Positions 63,516 through 64,000 of a stretch of 64,000 bases of DNA are shown piece after piece. This stretch comes from Flectonema sp. DT1601 (taxonomy: Eukaryota). The notes under the pieces were generated by a model that was not told the DNA's origin, did not search any database, and saw nothing but the letters and a program-made list of their open reading frames with translations. How positions within the stretch are numbered: the stretch's first letter is position 1; each line of letters starts with the position of its first letter. A program made the position numbers and the translations under genes. The stretch spans positions 310,001 to 374,000 of the forward strand of contig OZ025797.1 in assembly GCA_964019425.1 (NCBI GenBank), read 5' to 3'.

Positions 63516-64000
63516 ATGTCGACTGACGCATTTGGTCTTGATGACGTGTTTAAAGATGTTCAGGCGGATGTTGCTGTAGCCAGATCAGATAAAATATCGA
63601 ACAGTAGCAACAGTGACGATGAGTCTGAATCTTTATCGCAATCAGAATCTCTGCAATCTTTATTAGAAAGTGAAGAGCTAAGTGAAGTATCAGTCTCTAG
63701 TGAGGAATGGATTACTGATGTCGTTCAGGATTCACCACTTCTAAGCTCAAAGTCTCATGTAACAACTTATGAATTCACTCATAAATCAGACAGAGATAAG
63801 AGAGGTGTTTTATACTATTTGGGACTCAACAAGAGAAGACACAACAGCTGGAGGAATCCAGCAGATACAAAATTAGTTAAAGTATCAGCTTCAAGTAGGA
63901 GAAAAGGTGAACTGAATCACTTCACTGACAGGTATCCCGTTGATCAATGTCTCTGTACAGACAATATAGAGGAGTCTTGGATTTCTATTGATCTAAAGTC
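63516..64000 (+). CDS. Partial CDS (runs off window): acidic N-terminus + HECTD1/BTB-associated discoidin (F5/8 type C)-like domain
   Basis: ATG 63516 after ctaac..tag; open to the window end. Translates MSTDAFGLDD...DRDKRGVLYYLG....SWRNPA..KLVKVSASS...CTDNIEESWISIDLK. Not in the ORF track. Confidence 0.8.
   Translation, partial: MSTDAFGLDDVFKDVQADVAVARSDKISNSSNSDDESESLSQSESLQSLLESEELSEVSVSSEEWITDVVQDSPLLSSKSHVTTYEFTHKSDRDKRGVLYYLGLNKRRHNSWRNPADTKLVKVSASSRRKGELNHFTDRYPVDQCLCTDNIEESWISIDLK

Overview
Eukaryotic nuclear DNA, most likely from a free-living euglenozoan (diplonemid-like). This is an inference from gene content and layout, not a species identification. About 26 protein-coding genes all lie on the + strand and are almost all intronless. 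Most have a (Y)AG a few to about 45 nt upstream of the ATG, as expected for a polycistronic cluster resolved by spliced-leader trans-splicing. All three standard stop codons are used. Recognisable products: a secreted beta-helix glycoside-hydrolase-like protein, a BILBO1-like protein, a membrane tandem pseudo-adenylate cyclase, a receptor-like STE11/MAP3K, a Rae1/Bub3-like WD40 protein, a SnoaL + pseudo-ALDH fusion, mevalonate diphosphate decarboxylase, SWC4/DMAP1, a p24/GOLD protein, a double PLAC8 protein, a TPR-CaaX protein, a cyclin-like protein, a ferlin, a mucin-stalk multi-TM surface protein, a lipase-3/FYVE protein, a J-domain protein, aldose 1-epimerase, an ankyrin protein and a PAM2 protein. 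Two genes are missing from the ORF track: a probable 2-intron micro-gene at 25477-25932 and a 3'-truncated gene from 63516. The AT-rich spacers, full of poly(A)/(T) tracts, hold at least five families of short (70-150 bp), often hairpin-forming dispersed repeats. These are candidates for MITE/SINE-like elements or post-transcriptional 3'UTR elements. No rRNA, tRNA, CRISPR array or intact transposon was found.
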